The position numbers and the translations under genes are program-made. From the NCBI GenBank assembly GCA_965140705.1, contig OZ223302.1, forward strand, positions 512,001 through 576,000: a stretch of DNA of 64,000 nt, given 5' to 3'. The notes beneath the pieces are model-generated. The model saw nothing but the letters and a program-made list of their open reading frames with translations, made no database searches and was not told where the DNA came from. Shown piece after piece: positions 31,172-41,058 of this stretch. Position 1 is the first letter of the stretch. Every line of letters starts with the position of its first letter. Source of the DNA: an uncultured Arcobacter sp. (lineage in GTDB: Bacteria; Campylobacterota; Campylobacteria; Campylobacterales; Arcobacteraceae).

Positions 31172-32111
31172 AGTTTATATTACTGATTATATTGATAATC
31201 CATATATTGAAAAAGAAGTTTTAAAATCAGAGTTATCTGATCAATTAAATAAAAATATAGAAGTTCTTTTAGTATGGCATGAACATATTACAAAAAAGTA
31301 TATTAATAATCTTCCAAATCTTAAAGGCATAGTTAGATATGGAGTAGGTTATGATGCAATAGATTTAGAATATGCAAAAAATAAAAACATTTTTGTTTGT
31401 AATACACCTGATTACGGAACAGAAGAAGTAAGTGATACAGCAATTGCTATGATTATGAATATATCAAGAGGCATTACAAGGTATGATTATCAATGTAGAA
31501 GTTATACTAATACTTGGCAAGAAAATACGATTACATCAATAAAAAGAACTTCTGATTATAAACTTGGAGTGATTGGTGCTGGAAGAATTGGAGCTAGTGT
31601 ACTTTTAAAAGCAAATGCTCTTAGATTTAATACCTATTTTTATGATCCTTATGTACCAAGAGGACATGAAAAAATGTTAAACACTAAAAGAACAGATACA
31701 TTAGAAGAATTACTTGAAACTTGCGATATCATCTCTATTAATTGCCCTTTATCAGATGAAACAGAAGGAATGATTAATCAAAAGTTTATAAATAATATGA
31801 AAGATGGGAGTTCTTTAGTTAATACTGCACGGGGTGGAATAATAAAGGATATTGATGTTTTTTATGAGGCATTAAAAAGTGGTAAATTATCAAATGTAGC
31901 ATTAGATGTAATTCCTAAGGAACCTCCTAAAGATTCTCTTTTAATAAATGCTTGGAGAAAAAAGGAAGAGTGGCTGGATGGTCGATTTATATTAAATCCA
32001 CATACAGCATATTATAGTGATAAAGCATACTTTGAAATGAGAGAAAAAGCTGCTCTAAATGCAAAAAGAATTTTAGAGGGCTTAGAACCTTTTAATATTG
32101 TGAATAAATAA
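31164..32111 (+). CDS. D-2-hydroxyacid dehydrogenase (CtBP/SerA-like)
   Basis: RYGVGYDAID, NTPDYGTEEV, GVIGAGRIG, VNTARG, ALDV..EP and PHTAYYS. Confidence 0.92.
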   Translation: MNRVYITDYIDNPYIEKEVLKSELSDQLNKNIEVLLVWHEHITKKYINNLPNLKGIVRYGVGYDAIDLEYAKNKNIFVCNTPDYGTEEVSDTAIAMIMNISRGITRYDYQCRSYTNTWQENTITSIKRTSDYKLGVIGAGRIGASVLLKANALRFNTYFYDPYVPRGHEKMLNTKRTDTLEELLETCDIISINCPLSDETEGMINQKFINNMKDGSSLVNTARGGIIKDIDVFYEALKSGKLSNVALDVIPKEPPKDSLLINAWRKKEEWLDGRFILNPHTAYYSDKAYFEMREKAALNAKRILEGLEPFNIVNK

Positions 32112-32112
32112 T

Positions 32113-32913
32113 ATGAAAGATTCAACTAAACGAAAACTATTACAATCTGTTCTTTCAAGAAAAATATTTCAATCATTTCAAAGTCTATTTTTCAAAGTCA
32201 CTTATAAGAATGAACCTTTATTAAATGAATATAAGAAAAATGGACTAGTTGTTTTATCAAATTTTTTTTCTATAGAAGAGTGTGACAAAATACTTACTAT
32301 TGTGGACGATACTATAAAAATCTGTAAGAATGGATCATTATATAGTACTAAAATAAAGACTATTGATAGTGATCAAATTTATTATAATTCAAAAAGATTA
32401 ATTTATTCTTTTGATTTTAAAGATACGGATAGTTATATAAATAAAATTGTAAATAATACTAAAATAAAAGAGATATGTGAATATTTAAATCACTCTAAAC
32501 TTAAGCCTATTCAACATTGGACAAAAAGGGTTTACCCAAGAAACGAGCTTCAAAATCATAAAATTATGATGAATGAAAGTTGGCATCAAGACAGTGGTGG
32601 CTTAAGTATGATTAGATTTATTGTATATTTAAATGATGTAGATGAAGAACAAGGACCTTTTGAATATATAAAAGGAAGCCATAAAAAAGAGATTAAAGAT
32701 ATCTCAAAATATATAAAAAATAATAGAGATAAGATTATGAAGATATCTGGGAAAAAAGGCGATGTAATTATAGCAGATGTTACAGGTGGATGGCATAAAG
32801 CAAATAAAGTTATTTCAGGACAAAGAGATACATTACAAGTTGCATTTATGTCTCCTTTATCAGATAAAATCAATAAACTCATTGGTTTTGGTACATATCT
32901 TAAAAAAAGTTAA
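32113..32913 (+). CDS. PhyH-family Fe(II)/2-oxoglutarate dioxygenase
   Basis: WHQD, VYLNDV..EQGPF.YIKGSH, GDVII, WH and a distal R. Confidence 0.82.
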   Translation: MKDSTKRKLLQSVLSRKIFQSFQSLFFKVTYKNEPLLNEYKKNGLVVLSNFFSIEECDKILTIVDDTIKICKNGSLYSTKIKTIDSDQIYYNSKRLIYSFDFKDTDSYINKIVNNTKIKEICEYLNHSKLKPIQHWTKRVYPRNELQNHKIMMNESWHQDSGGLSMIRFIVYLNDVDEEQGPFEYIKGSHKKEIKDISKYIKNNRDKIMKISGKKGDVIIADVTGGWHKANKVISGQRDTLQVAFMSPLSDKINKLIGFGTYLKKS

Positions 32914-32918
32914 TTAGA

Positions 32919-34067
32919 ATGAAAAATACCCCTTTAGTATCAGTTATTTTAACAACAAAAAATAGAGAAACACTATTACAAAGAGCTATAAATTCAATAT
33001 TAAATCAAACTTATACAAATTTAGAAATTATTATTATAAATGATGCATCAAATGATAATACAAAAAAGAACCTAAAAAAATTAAAAGAATTAGACCATAG
33101 AGTTGTAATAATTAACAATAAAATAACATTAGGGTCTAATCCATCAAGAAATATTGGCATTAAAAGAGCTAAAGGAAAATTTATAGCTGGAATTGATGAT
33201 GATGATGAATTTATCTATAATAGAATTGAATTATTAGTAAAAAATTATGATAATAATTTCTCATTTATTACTTCAAATAATCAGTTAATTTTTGAAGACA
33301 CTACATTTTGTTCAAATATGCCAAGAGAAGTAACTTTAAATCAAATGTTATGTGAGAATGTTATTATGAATCAAGGTTTAATAGAAAGGTCTAGAATATT
33401 TGATGTTAATTTATATGATGAAAAACTCCCTTCCTGTCAAGATTACGATTTATGGATTAGATTAATATTACAATTTGGACCAGTTAAAATAATTCAAAAT
33501 GTTACCCAAAAAATATATCTTGAAGAATCAAGAGAAAGAATTTCTACGTACTCAAAAAGTAAAATAAAAGGTTATTTTATGTTTTATAAAAAATATAAAT
33601 ATCTAATGAGTGAATATCATAGAAAAATTCAACTTGATAGGTTGTACACAATAAAAAACAAAAAAAAATCTAATCTCATAGGATATATATTATCATATAA
33701 CTCATTTTTTAAAAAACTCTATTGGGATAAACTTTATAATGAAAGACTTGAGAAAGAAAATTTAATTTATAATTCACAAATAAATTTAATAAATAATATT
33801 CACAAGTTATTTAAAAATAAAAGTGATAAATATATTATCTATGGCTTTGGTACAATTGGAAAATTAATCTACAATTTATACAAAGAACAAATAATTGGTA
33901 TTTACGATAATAAATTAGATTTAACTAAAGAAGTTGAAAAAAATAAAATCTTGAGTAAAGAAATGCTTAAAATAAACTATCCAATTATTATAACTCCATA
34001 TAAATATAATGAAGAAATTTCAAAAGATTTATACAATTATAATAAAAATACTGTTACTATATATTAA
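32919..34067 (+). CDS. Glycosyltransferase family 2 with C-terminal Rossmann-like module
   Basis: VSVIL, INDASND, SRNIG, DDDD and QDYDLW. Confidence 0.9.
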   Translation: MKNTPLVSVILTTKNRETLLQRAINSILNQTYTNLEIIIINDASNDNTKKNLKKLKELDHRVVIINNKITLGSNPSRNIGIKRAKGKFIAGIDDDDEFIYNRIELLVKNYDNNFSFITSNNQLIFEDTTFCSNMPREVTLNQMLCENVIMNQGLIERSRIFDVNLYDEKLPSCQDYDLWIRLILQFGPVKIIQNVTQKIYLEESRERISTYSKSKIKGYFMFYKKYKYLMSEYHRKIQLDRLYTIKNKKKSNLIGYILSYNSFFKKLYWDKLYNERLEKENLIYNSQINLINNIHKLFKNKSDKYIIYGFGTIGKLIYNLYKEQIIGIYDNKLDLTKEVEKNKILSKEMLKINYPIIITPYKYNEEISKDLYNYNKNTVTIY

Positions 34068-34084
34068 AAATAAAAGGGTTAAAT

Positions 34085-34795
34085 GTGGTCAATAAGTGGA
34101 TAAAAGAATACACTAAAAATAAAAGTTTTGTAGATATTGGAGGACTTTGGAATACAGTAAATGAAAGAGTAACTGTTGCATATAAAAGTGAAGCGAAAAG
34201 TGTTACAATGATTGATATTCAAGAAAAAGATAATATTTGGTGGGAAAAATTTCATGATAGATGCAAGGAATTTGAAGTTAAAGAGTATAACTGTATGGTA
34301 TCTGATATAACACAAAAAGAAAACTTACAAAAAATTGGGAAATTTGATATTGTACATTGCTCTGGAATACTATACCATTTACAAGATCCTTTAGTTTTAA
34401 TAGACCACCTTTATGAGATTACTAATGAATTTTTAATGTTAGGAACTACTACAATACCAGATGTAATCAATATAAATAATGAGCAACTTGTTACTGAAAA
34501 AGGTACAACATATTTTATTCCAAATTTAGGAGAAAATCAGAAAAAATTTTTCAAAGCACATTTTGATAAAGAAAAATTATCTATTGCTGGTATTTCGAAT
34601 AATACACCTGTACACTGGTATAATGAGAAAGGTGAAGTAAACTATGGTCCATGGTGGTGGCTATTTACAAAAGATTATATTATTTCTTTATTAGCACTAA
34701 AAAAATTTGAAGTAATTGACACTTATGAAAACTGGGAGAATAAAGCACATATGTTTCTATGTAAAAAAATATCTGAGAATCAAAATGACAAATAA
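34085..34795 (+). CDS. Class I SAM methyltransferase
   Basis: FVDIGG, MIDI and FDIVHCSGILYHLQDP. Confidence 0.82.
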   Translation: MVNKWIKEYTKNKSFVDIGGLWNTVNERVTVAYKSEAKSVTMIDIQEKDNIWWEKFHDRCKEFEVKEYNCMVSDITQKENLQKIGKFDIVHCSGILYHLQDPLVLIDHLYEITNEFLMLGTTTIPDVININNEQLVTEKGTTYFIPNLGENQKKFFKAHFDKEKLSIAGISNNTPVHWYNEKGEVNYGPWWWLFTKDYIISLLALKKFEVIDTYENWENKAHMFLCKKISENQNDK

Positions 34796-35462
34796 AGAAA
34801 AATGGTCTACAGGAATAGAACATGAAATTGAATTTTGGAAAAAATGGTTTGATACAAAAGGTTACTTATGGCCAGAAGTATATGCTTTTAGAACAAATCC
34901 AAATTCTCAATTACAAAGTAACATAGAAAAATATCTTGAGAAATCAAAAATTATTAAAATATTAGATGTTGGTTCTGGACCATTAACAGGAATTGGTAAA
35001 ATAAGTAATAAAGGAAAAGTTGAAATTTCATCTACTGATGCTTTGGCAGATGAATATAAAAAGATTGCTCCTCCTGAATTAGATTTGTCTATGCTTTACA
35101 AATGTGATACAGAAAATTTAACAAAAGAATTTAAAAAAAATACTTTTGATGTAGTACATGCATCAAACACATTAGACCATAGTTATGATCCATTTTTATG
35201 TATTTTAGAAATGTTTAAAGTATGTAAACCAGGAGGAATTTTAGTTTTCTCACACTCATCAAATGAAGCAACAAAAGAAAATGGAATAGGTTTTCACCAA
35301 TGGGATTTTTTTATAAAAAATAAAAAATTTTATGCAAAAAAATTTAAGTCTAATAATGAACAACTTTTATTTAAAGAAATAGAAGATAACTATACACTTT
35401 TAGATATAAGTGACGATAACTCTAATTGGTGTTACATAACTATTAGAAAAAATAATTTATGA
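34785..35462 (+). CDS. Class I SAM methyltransferase
   Basis: LDVGSGP, FDVVHASNTLDH and KPGG. Start moved to ATG 34785. Confidence 0.85.
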   Translation: MTNKEKWSTGIEHEIEFWKKWFDTKGYLWPEVYAFRTNPNSQLQSNIEKYLEKSKIIKILDVGSGPLTGIGKISNKGKVEISSTDALADEYKKIAPPELDLSMLYKCDTENLTKEFKKNTFDVVHASNTLDHSYDPFLCILEMFKVCKPGGILVFSHSSNEATKENGIGFHQWDFFIKNKKFYAKKFKSNNEQLLFKEIEDNYTLLDISDDNSNWCYITIRKNNL

Positions 35463-36787
35463 AAAAATTAGTTGTTCTACTTCCTGTATATAATTCAGAA
35501 GAATTTTTAGATGAGGCTATATTATCTTTATATAATCAAACCTTTACAAATTTTGATATTATTGCATGTGATGATGGTTCAACAGACAATAGTTACCAAA
35601 TATTATCAAAATACAAAAAAAAATATAAAAACTTTATAATTATAAAAAATTCTATTAATTTAGGGATAATCAAAACTAGAAATTTACTTTTAGCTTATGC
35701 TAAAGATTATGAATACATTGCATTAATGGATTCCGATGATATTTCACAAAAAGATAGATTTGAACTTCAAATTAGCTACTTAAGTAGAAATAAAGGTACA
35801 TTAGCCGTTTCTTCTGATATTATGATTATACCCTTTAATCAGATTATTAAATTTTCTAAATTTAATAATCTGATTAGAGAAAGAATGCTATTTACAAATT
35901 TGATAAATAATCCTTCTTCCATGTTTAAAAATGAAGTAATTACTAAATATAACTTAAAATATGATGAGAATCTTAAAAGTTCAGAAGATTACGACTTTTG
36001 GTTAAAAGTACTTAATCATGGTGAAATATATATAATTCCTAAAATTTTACTTCACTATAGAAGACATGGGAAACAAGAAACTACATTAAATAGAGAAAGG
36101 CAAGATAAAAGTAGAAATAAAATTATAATAAATTATTTTTCAACACTTGAAATTAAACTATCTGAAGATGATATTTTATTATTACTTGAACCTCATAATA
36201 TTGAATCTATTAATAAATTAAACCGATTAATAATGCTTTTTAAAATTATTACAACGAATAATGAAATAAATAAATTATACAATTCTAAAAAGTTAAAAGA
36301 ATTAATGAAAGACAATATTTTAATTGCACTTAAACATCTTAATAAAATTCAAGCTTATTATTATGTTTTATCAATTTTAGATTTTAGAATTTTACCTAAA
36401 GTACTAAAATATCTGTTTTTTTTATTTTTATATAAATTTAAAAAAGGCTCTAATTTACCTAATATTCAAGCTAATAAACTATTAAAAAAAGTAAAATCTC
36501 ATAATATTAAAGATTTTAACATTTATTGTGCAGGAGAAATAACAAAACATTTAATTACACAAACAAGAAACAATTTAAACATTAAAATTGAACAAATATT
36601 TGATATAAAAGCAATTAACTCTGAATATTCATTTAATTCATTCAAAATAAAATCACCTGAAAAAATAAAAAATATTAATAATAAAGTAATTGTAATTGCA
36701 TCTTATGAATATAAAAATGAAGTTTATGAATATTTAAAAAAACTTTTAGATGAAGATATTTCAGATTACATAATAATACAACTCTAG
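35459..36787 (+). CDS. Glycosyltransferase family 2 with C-terminal Rossmann-like module
   Basis: LPVYN, DDGSTD, MDSDD and EDYDFW. Confidence 0.9.
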   Translation: MKKLVVLLPVYNSEEFLDEAILSLYNQTFTNFDIIACDDGSTDNSYQILSKYKKKYKNFIIIKNSINLGIIKTRNLLLAYAKDYEYIALMDSDDISQKDRFELQISYLSRNKGTLAVSSDIMIIPFNQIIKFSKFNNLIRERMLFTNLINNPSSMFKNEVITKYNLKYDENLKSSEDYDFWLKVLNHGEIYIIPKILLHYRRHGKQETTLNRERQDKSRNKIIINYFSTLEIKLSEDDILLLLEPHNIESINKLNRLIMLFKIITTNNEINKLYNSKKLKELMKDNILIALKHLNKIQAYYYVLSILDFRILPKVLKYLFFLFLYKFKKGSNLPNIQANKLLKKVKSHNIKDFNIYCAGEITKHLITQTRNNLNIKIEQIFDIKAINSEYSFNSFKIKSPEKIKNINNKVIVIASYEYKNEVYEYLKKLLDEDISDYIIIQL

Positions 36788-36800
36788 GTAAAGGACAGAA

Positions 36801-38741
36801 ATGAAAAATAAGTCAGTAAATAATTATGTTACAATTATTACTTTATATATAAATAAAACTTACAATGATTTAAAAAGAAGTATATTAGAACAAACAATAT
36901 CTAATTGGATATGGTTGGTTATTATTGATGACAAAGAAAAATTTTCTATTTTAACTAAAGAAAATAATGATAAACGAATTAACTTTATTTATTTAAAGAA
37001 AATAAATAATACTTCTTTTAAATTTTTATTAAATAATATCACTTCAAATGCTATACTACTATTAGATTACTCAACAATCTTTCTTGAAAAAACTACTTTT
37101 GAAAAATATTTATTAAAAATGATTTTTAATCCCCAAGCCAAAACTTTCAAATCTTACAATATTTTTGAAGACAAAAAAAATATTCAAGAAATAAAATTTA
37201 ATTTTAAAGAGATTAATTCTATTTTACTAAATAAATATATCAGCTACACCTTATTTTTTGAAACAAATTTTTTCAAAAAGTTATTTTTGGATAGTAATAT
37301 ATCATTTACAGAATTTTTCAATGATTCAATACAAAAAATTTTAATAGAAAAGTATTCAATATCCGTTATAGAAGATTATTTAGAAACTATTCATTTGACA
37401 AAAGAATGTAAATATAACTATTCAAATTTTAAAAATTATAAATATACTTTTGAACAAAATCCTTATAATTCTTTTAAAAAATGTTTACCTAAAAAACTTT
37501 TTAATATTAATAAAAATAATTATAAAAATTCTTTACTTTTAATTGTACCTTGGTTAGAAATCGGGGGAGCGGATTTATTCAATATTAACTTACTAAAGGA
37601 ATTAGTAAAATTTAATTGGAACATAACTATTATTACAACACTAAAATCTAGCAATCCATGGTATAATGAGTTCTTAAAAATAACAAAAGATATTTTTATT
37701 TTACCTAATTTAGGTCCACAACAGGTATCTTTATCAATTATAAATCATATAATAAATTCTAGAAAAATTAATATTGTTATGGTTTCTAATAGTATGTTGG
37801 GATATCATTGTGTTCCATATCTGAAAACTCATTTTCCTAAATTAATTTTTGTTGATTATAATCATATGGAAGAAGAGTATTGGGAAAATGGCGGACATGC
37901 ATTTACAAGTGTAATTTTTCAAGATTATTTTGATAAAAACTTTGTTGCTTCTAAACATTTAAAAAATTGGATGATTACAAAAGGTGCAAAAAAATCTAAA
38001 ATTGATGTGTGTTATATTGGAGTTGAAGAAAAAAATTTAAACCTTACAATAAATCTTCCAGAAAGAATTAATTCATTTTTAAATAAAGACAACTATCCAA
38101 CAATTTTATTTGCAGGAAGATTTGTTGAACAAAAACAGCCTAATGTACTTATTAAAGTTATTGATAAAGTATTAAAAAATACAAAAAAATTTAAAGTAAT
38201 TATGTGTGGTGATGGTCCAATGTATAACGATATGATTACAATGGTTAAAGAATTAGAAATTGATGATAAGATATTATTAACTGGTGCACTAGATAATAAT
38301 TGCATTAGACATATAATGCAACATTCTGATATTTTCTTTTTACCCTCTAAATGGGAAGGAATTGCATTATCAATATATGAAGCAATGTTATTAAATATGG
38401 CTATTCTTGGTGCCAATGTAGGAGGACAAAAAGAACTTGTAACAGAAAAATGTGGTAAATTAATTGAGTTAAATAGTATTGAAGAACAAATTGACACTTA
38501 TACAAAATTTTTAACTAATTGGTTGAATAATAATAAAAAGTTAAATTATTTAAAAACTAATGCTTCAAATACTATAAAAAATAAATTTTTAGTTACTTAT
38601 ATGGGACAACATATGAATACTGAACTATTAAACTTAGTTAAAAAGGGAACAATAATTAAAAAATCTGATTTAAATCCTATAACTTCTTATATGTTTACCT
38701 ATAGAACAACAACATTATTGCATAAAAACGGTTTAGTATAA
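36801..38741 (+). CDS. Glycosyltransferase family 4 with degenerate N-terminal domain
   Basis: LEIGGAD, FAGRFVEQKQP, CGDGP, PSKWEGIALSIYEAM and NVGGQKE. Confidence 0.88.
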   Translation: MKNKSVNNYVTIITLYINKTYNDLKRSILEQTISNWIWLVIIDDKEKFSILTKENNDKRINFIYLKKINNTSFKFLLNNITSNAILLLDYSTIFLEKTTFEKYLLKMIFNPQAKTFKSYNIFEDKKNIQEIKFNFKEINSILLNKYISYTLFFETNFFKKLFLDSNISFTEFFNDSIQKILIEKYSISVIEDYLETIHLTKECKYNYSNFKNYKYTFEQNPYNSFKKCLPKKLFNINKNNYKNSLLLIVPWLEIGGADLFNINLLKELVKFNWNITIITTLKSSNPWYNEFLKITKDIFILPNLGPQQVSLSIINHIINSRKINIVMVSNSMLGYHCVPYLKTHFPKLIFVDYNHMEEEYWENGGHAFTSVIFQDYFDKNFVASKHLKNWMITKGAKKSKIDVCYIGVEEKNLNLTINLPERINSFLNKDNYPTILFAGRFVEQKQPNVLIKVIDKVLKNTKKFKVIMCGDGPMYNDMITMVKELEIDDKILLTGALDNNCIRHIMQHSDIFFLPSKWEGIALSIYEAMLLNMAILGANVGGQKELVTEKCGKLIELNSIEEQIDTYTKFLTNWLNNNKKLNYLKTNASNTIKNKFLVTYMGQHMNTELLNLVKKGTIIKKSDLNPITSYMFTYRTTTLLHKNGLV

Positions 38742-38898
38742 TAACTAACTGCAAGAATAATATTATTTAATATGGTACAAATTAACCTAGCAGTAAAATC
38801 AAAAGTTATCAATAAAATGAGGCTAAGTTCAAGAACTTACTCAGTCTTATTTTATTTAATAATTAGTAAATTTATAATAAATTAAAATAAAGAGTTTC

Positions 38899-40128
38899 AT
38901 GAAAATAGCAATTGTAAGCAAAAGTGATAGATTGGGAGGAGGAGCAAGTAAAGTTGCAGAGGACTTAACAAATTTATTATATAAGAATGGCCATTTTGTA
39001 CATCATTATAGAAGAGATTTGTCAAAAGGCTACACAGATAATTCAACTTCTGTTTATGGTTCATGGGAAAAAATAGCTAAGAAAGTTTATTATAAATTAA
39101 AATATTTTGGCTTTCAAGAAATTATTCCCTTTGAACTTTTACACCTACTAGAAGAAATTAAAAAATATAACTATGATATAATACATTTTCATGACTTGAG
39201 TACTGCTATCTCACCGTTTACACTTATGTATTTAAGTTCTAAGATACCTGTAGTTTGGACTATGCATGATTGTTCAGCTTTTACTGGTGGATGTATTTAT
39301 CCTATGGAATGTGAAAAATATAAAACTAGTTGTTCTCCCTGTCCTCAAAAAAATATCTGGCCAATGGGAGGGAAATTTGATTTTGCTTTTTTATATTTAA
39401 AAATTAAATCTAAACTTTATAGAAAAAATATTCATTTAATATCTCCTTCTAATTGGCTAGCTAATTTTTCAACAAAAAATACTATTATTAAAAAAAGACC
39501 AACAGTCATTCCAAATGGTATTAATATAAATACTTATCAACCATTAGACAAAAAACTTTCAAAAGATACTTTAAATATTCCAAATGAGCGATTTACAATA
39601 TTAATTACATCTCATAATATTAATGACCCACGAAAAGGTTTTAACTTTGCTATTAAAATTATACAAGAAATTAAACATTTAAATCCTTTTTTAATACTTG
39701 TAGGACAAATAACTATTGAAACTAAAAACTTACTTAGTGAGTTTGACTATTTTTCTTCAGGATATATTAGTGATTATCAAGAACTAAATAAACTTTATAG
39801 TGCTGCCGATATTTTTATTAACTGTTCCCTATCAGATAACTTACCACTAGTAGTGCTTGAAACTATGGCTTCAGGAACTCCTACATTTGGTTTTGCAACA
39901 GGTGGAATTCCTGAAATGATTCAACAAAATATCAATGGATATTTAGTAGAAAATAAAGATACAAAATCTTTAGCAAATAAAATTGAAGAAGTTTACATAA
40001 ATAATCAATTGTCTACATATAGTAAAAATGCTAGAAAACTAGCTGAAAATAAATTCAGTCATAAAATATTTTTAAAAAATCATTTAGATTTTTATACATC
40101 AATAACAAATAAAAAAAACACATACTAA
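38899..40128 (+). CDS. Glycosyltransferase family 4 (WcaC-like)
   Basis: GGGA, WTMHDCSAFTGGC, a Cys cluster, RKG, DNLPLVVLETMASGTP and GGIPE. Confidence 0.9.
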   Translation: MKIAIVSKSDRLGGGASKVAEDLTNLLYKNGHFVHHYRRDLSKGYTDNSTSVYGSWEKIAKKVYYKLKYFGFQEIIPFELLHLLEEIKKYNYDIIHFHDLSTAISPFTLMYLSSKIPVVWTMHDCSAFTGGCIYPMECEKYKTSCSPCPQKNIWPMGGKFDFAFLYLKIKSKLYRKNIHLISPSNWLANFSTKNTIIKKRPTVIPNGININTYQPLDKKLSKDTLNIPNERFTILITSHNINDPRKGFNFAIKIIQEIKHLNPFLILVGQITIETKNLLSEFDYFSSGYISDYQELNKLYSAADIFINCSLSDNLPLVVLETMASGTPTFGFATGGIPEMIQQNINGYLVENKDTKSLANKIEEVYINNQLSTYSKNARKLAENKFSHKIFLKNHLDFYTSITNKKNTY

Positions 40129-40964
40129 TCTTCTTCAATTGCTACATTATAAACTGTTTACAAATCATTTGCAACAACTTTCCTATCTTTCTAATATATA
40201 TCTTAAAAATGAACGAATTTAATGAACTATAGACTTTTAAATTTCAGCTTTTGGATAAACTTCTTCAATTGGTTTATTAAATCCATTTAAACTATCAATT
40301 GCAAATCTTTATTTTTTAATTCATTGACTAAAGTTAACTAATATTTTGGTGTTTCTTTTTTTCCTATCAAAATTCCCAATATTTCTTTCTTACTATCAAT
40401 TATAATACTTAGCATTATTATATATATTACAATATTTTTAACTACTCTATCAACTCTTATTTATAAAACTGTAATATCATAAAGATAAATAGATATATTA
40501 TTTCAAATAGTCTTCTAGACCATTCCTTGGCTTTTTCAATTATTACATATATATTTTGAAATTGTTTCTTCTGAAAGTTGATAGCCATATAAAATGATTT
40601 TATATAAGTCTAACACTAATACCTTTAATATAGAAAGGATTAAATCTTCACTCCTATTAAAAGTCTTTCTATTTTTCTACCTAATTGTAGTTCGAATATT
40701 TCATTTTTTCTCTTTGGATTGCAACACCAAATTTACCATATTTTGATTTTTAAATCTTTTCCTTTGTTCTATTACAATAATTTGGATTGTCAGACTCTTG
40801 CTCTTTCTAATAGCCTAAAGGTGAGTCGATTTCAACTTCAATGGCTATTTAGTTTAGATAGATTCTCTAAAAAGGTTTTTAAATTCCTATAAAATTCCAT
40901 CTAATGAAATTTCTTTTCCTTCTTTAATTTGTTTTCGTAGTTCTTCTTTATTTAATATATTCAT
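40128..40964 (-). pseudogene. Decayed IS256-family transposase
   Basis: From ATG 40964 (SD GAAGGA): MNILNKEELRKQIKEGKEISLDGIL*EFK...LGY*KEQESDNPNY...KSKYGK...SEDLILS...YGYQLSEETISK...IEKAKEW...KKEILGI...NELKNK...FAIDSLNGF...YPKAEI*KSIVH*IR...KDRKVVANDL. Many stops and frameshifts; C-terminal part missing. Confidence 0.85.
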
Positions 40965-41029
40965 TTGCAAATCCTTCAAATAAAGTTACTATATAGATCT
41001 TTTATTTTATCTAATAAATTAATACTTTT

Positions 41030-41058
41030 GAATTTACACAGTTAGTTTTGCACTACTT
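41030..41058 (-). mobile_element. Putative left terminal inverted repeat of the IS256 remnant
   Basis: Minus strand AAGTAGTGCAAAACTAACTGTGTAAATTC, ~65 nt upstream of the transposase ATG, with the ..TGTGTAAA core seen in IS256-family ends. No matching right end found. Confidence 0.6.
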
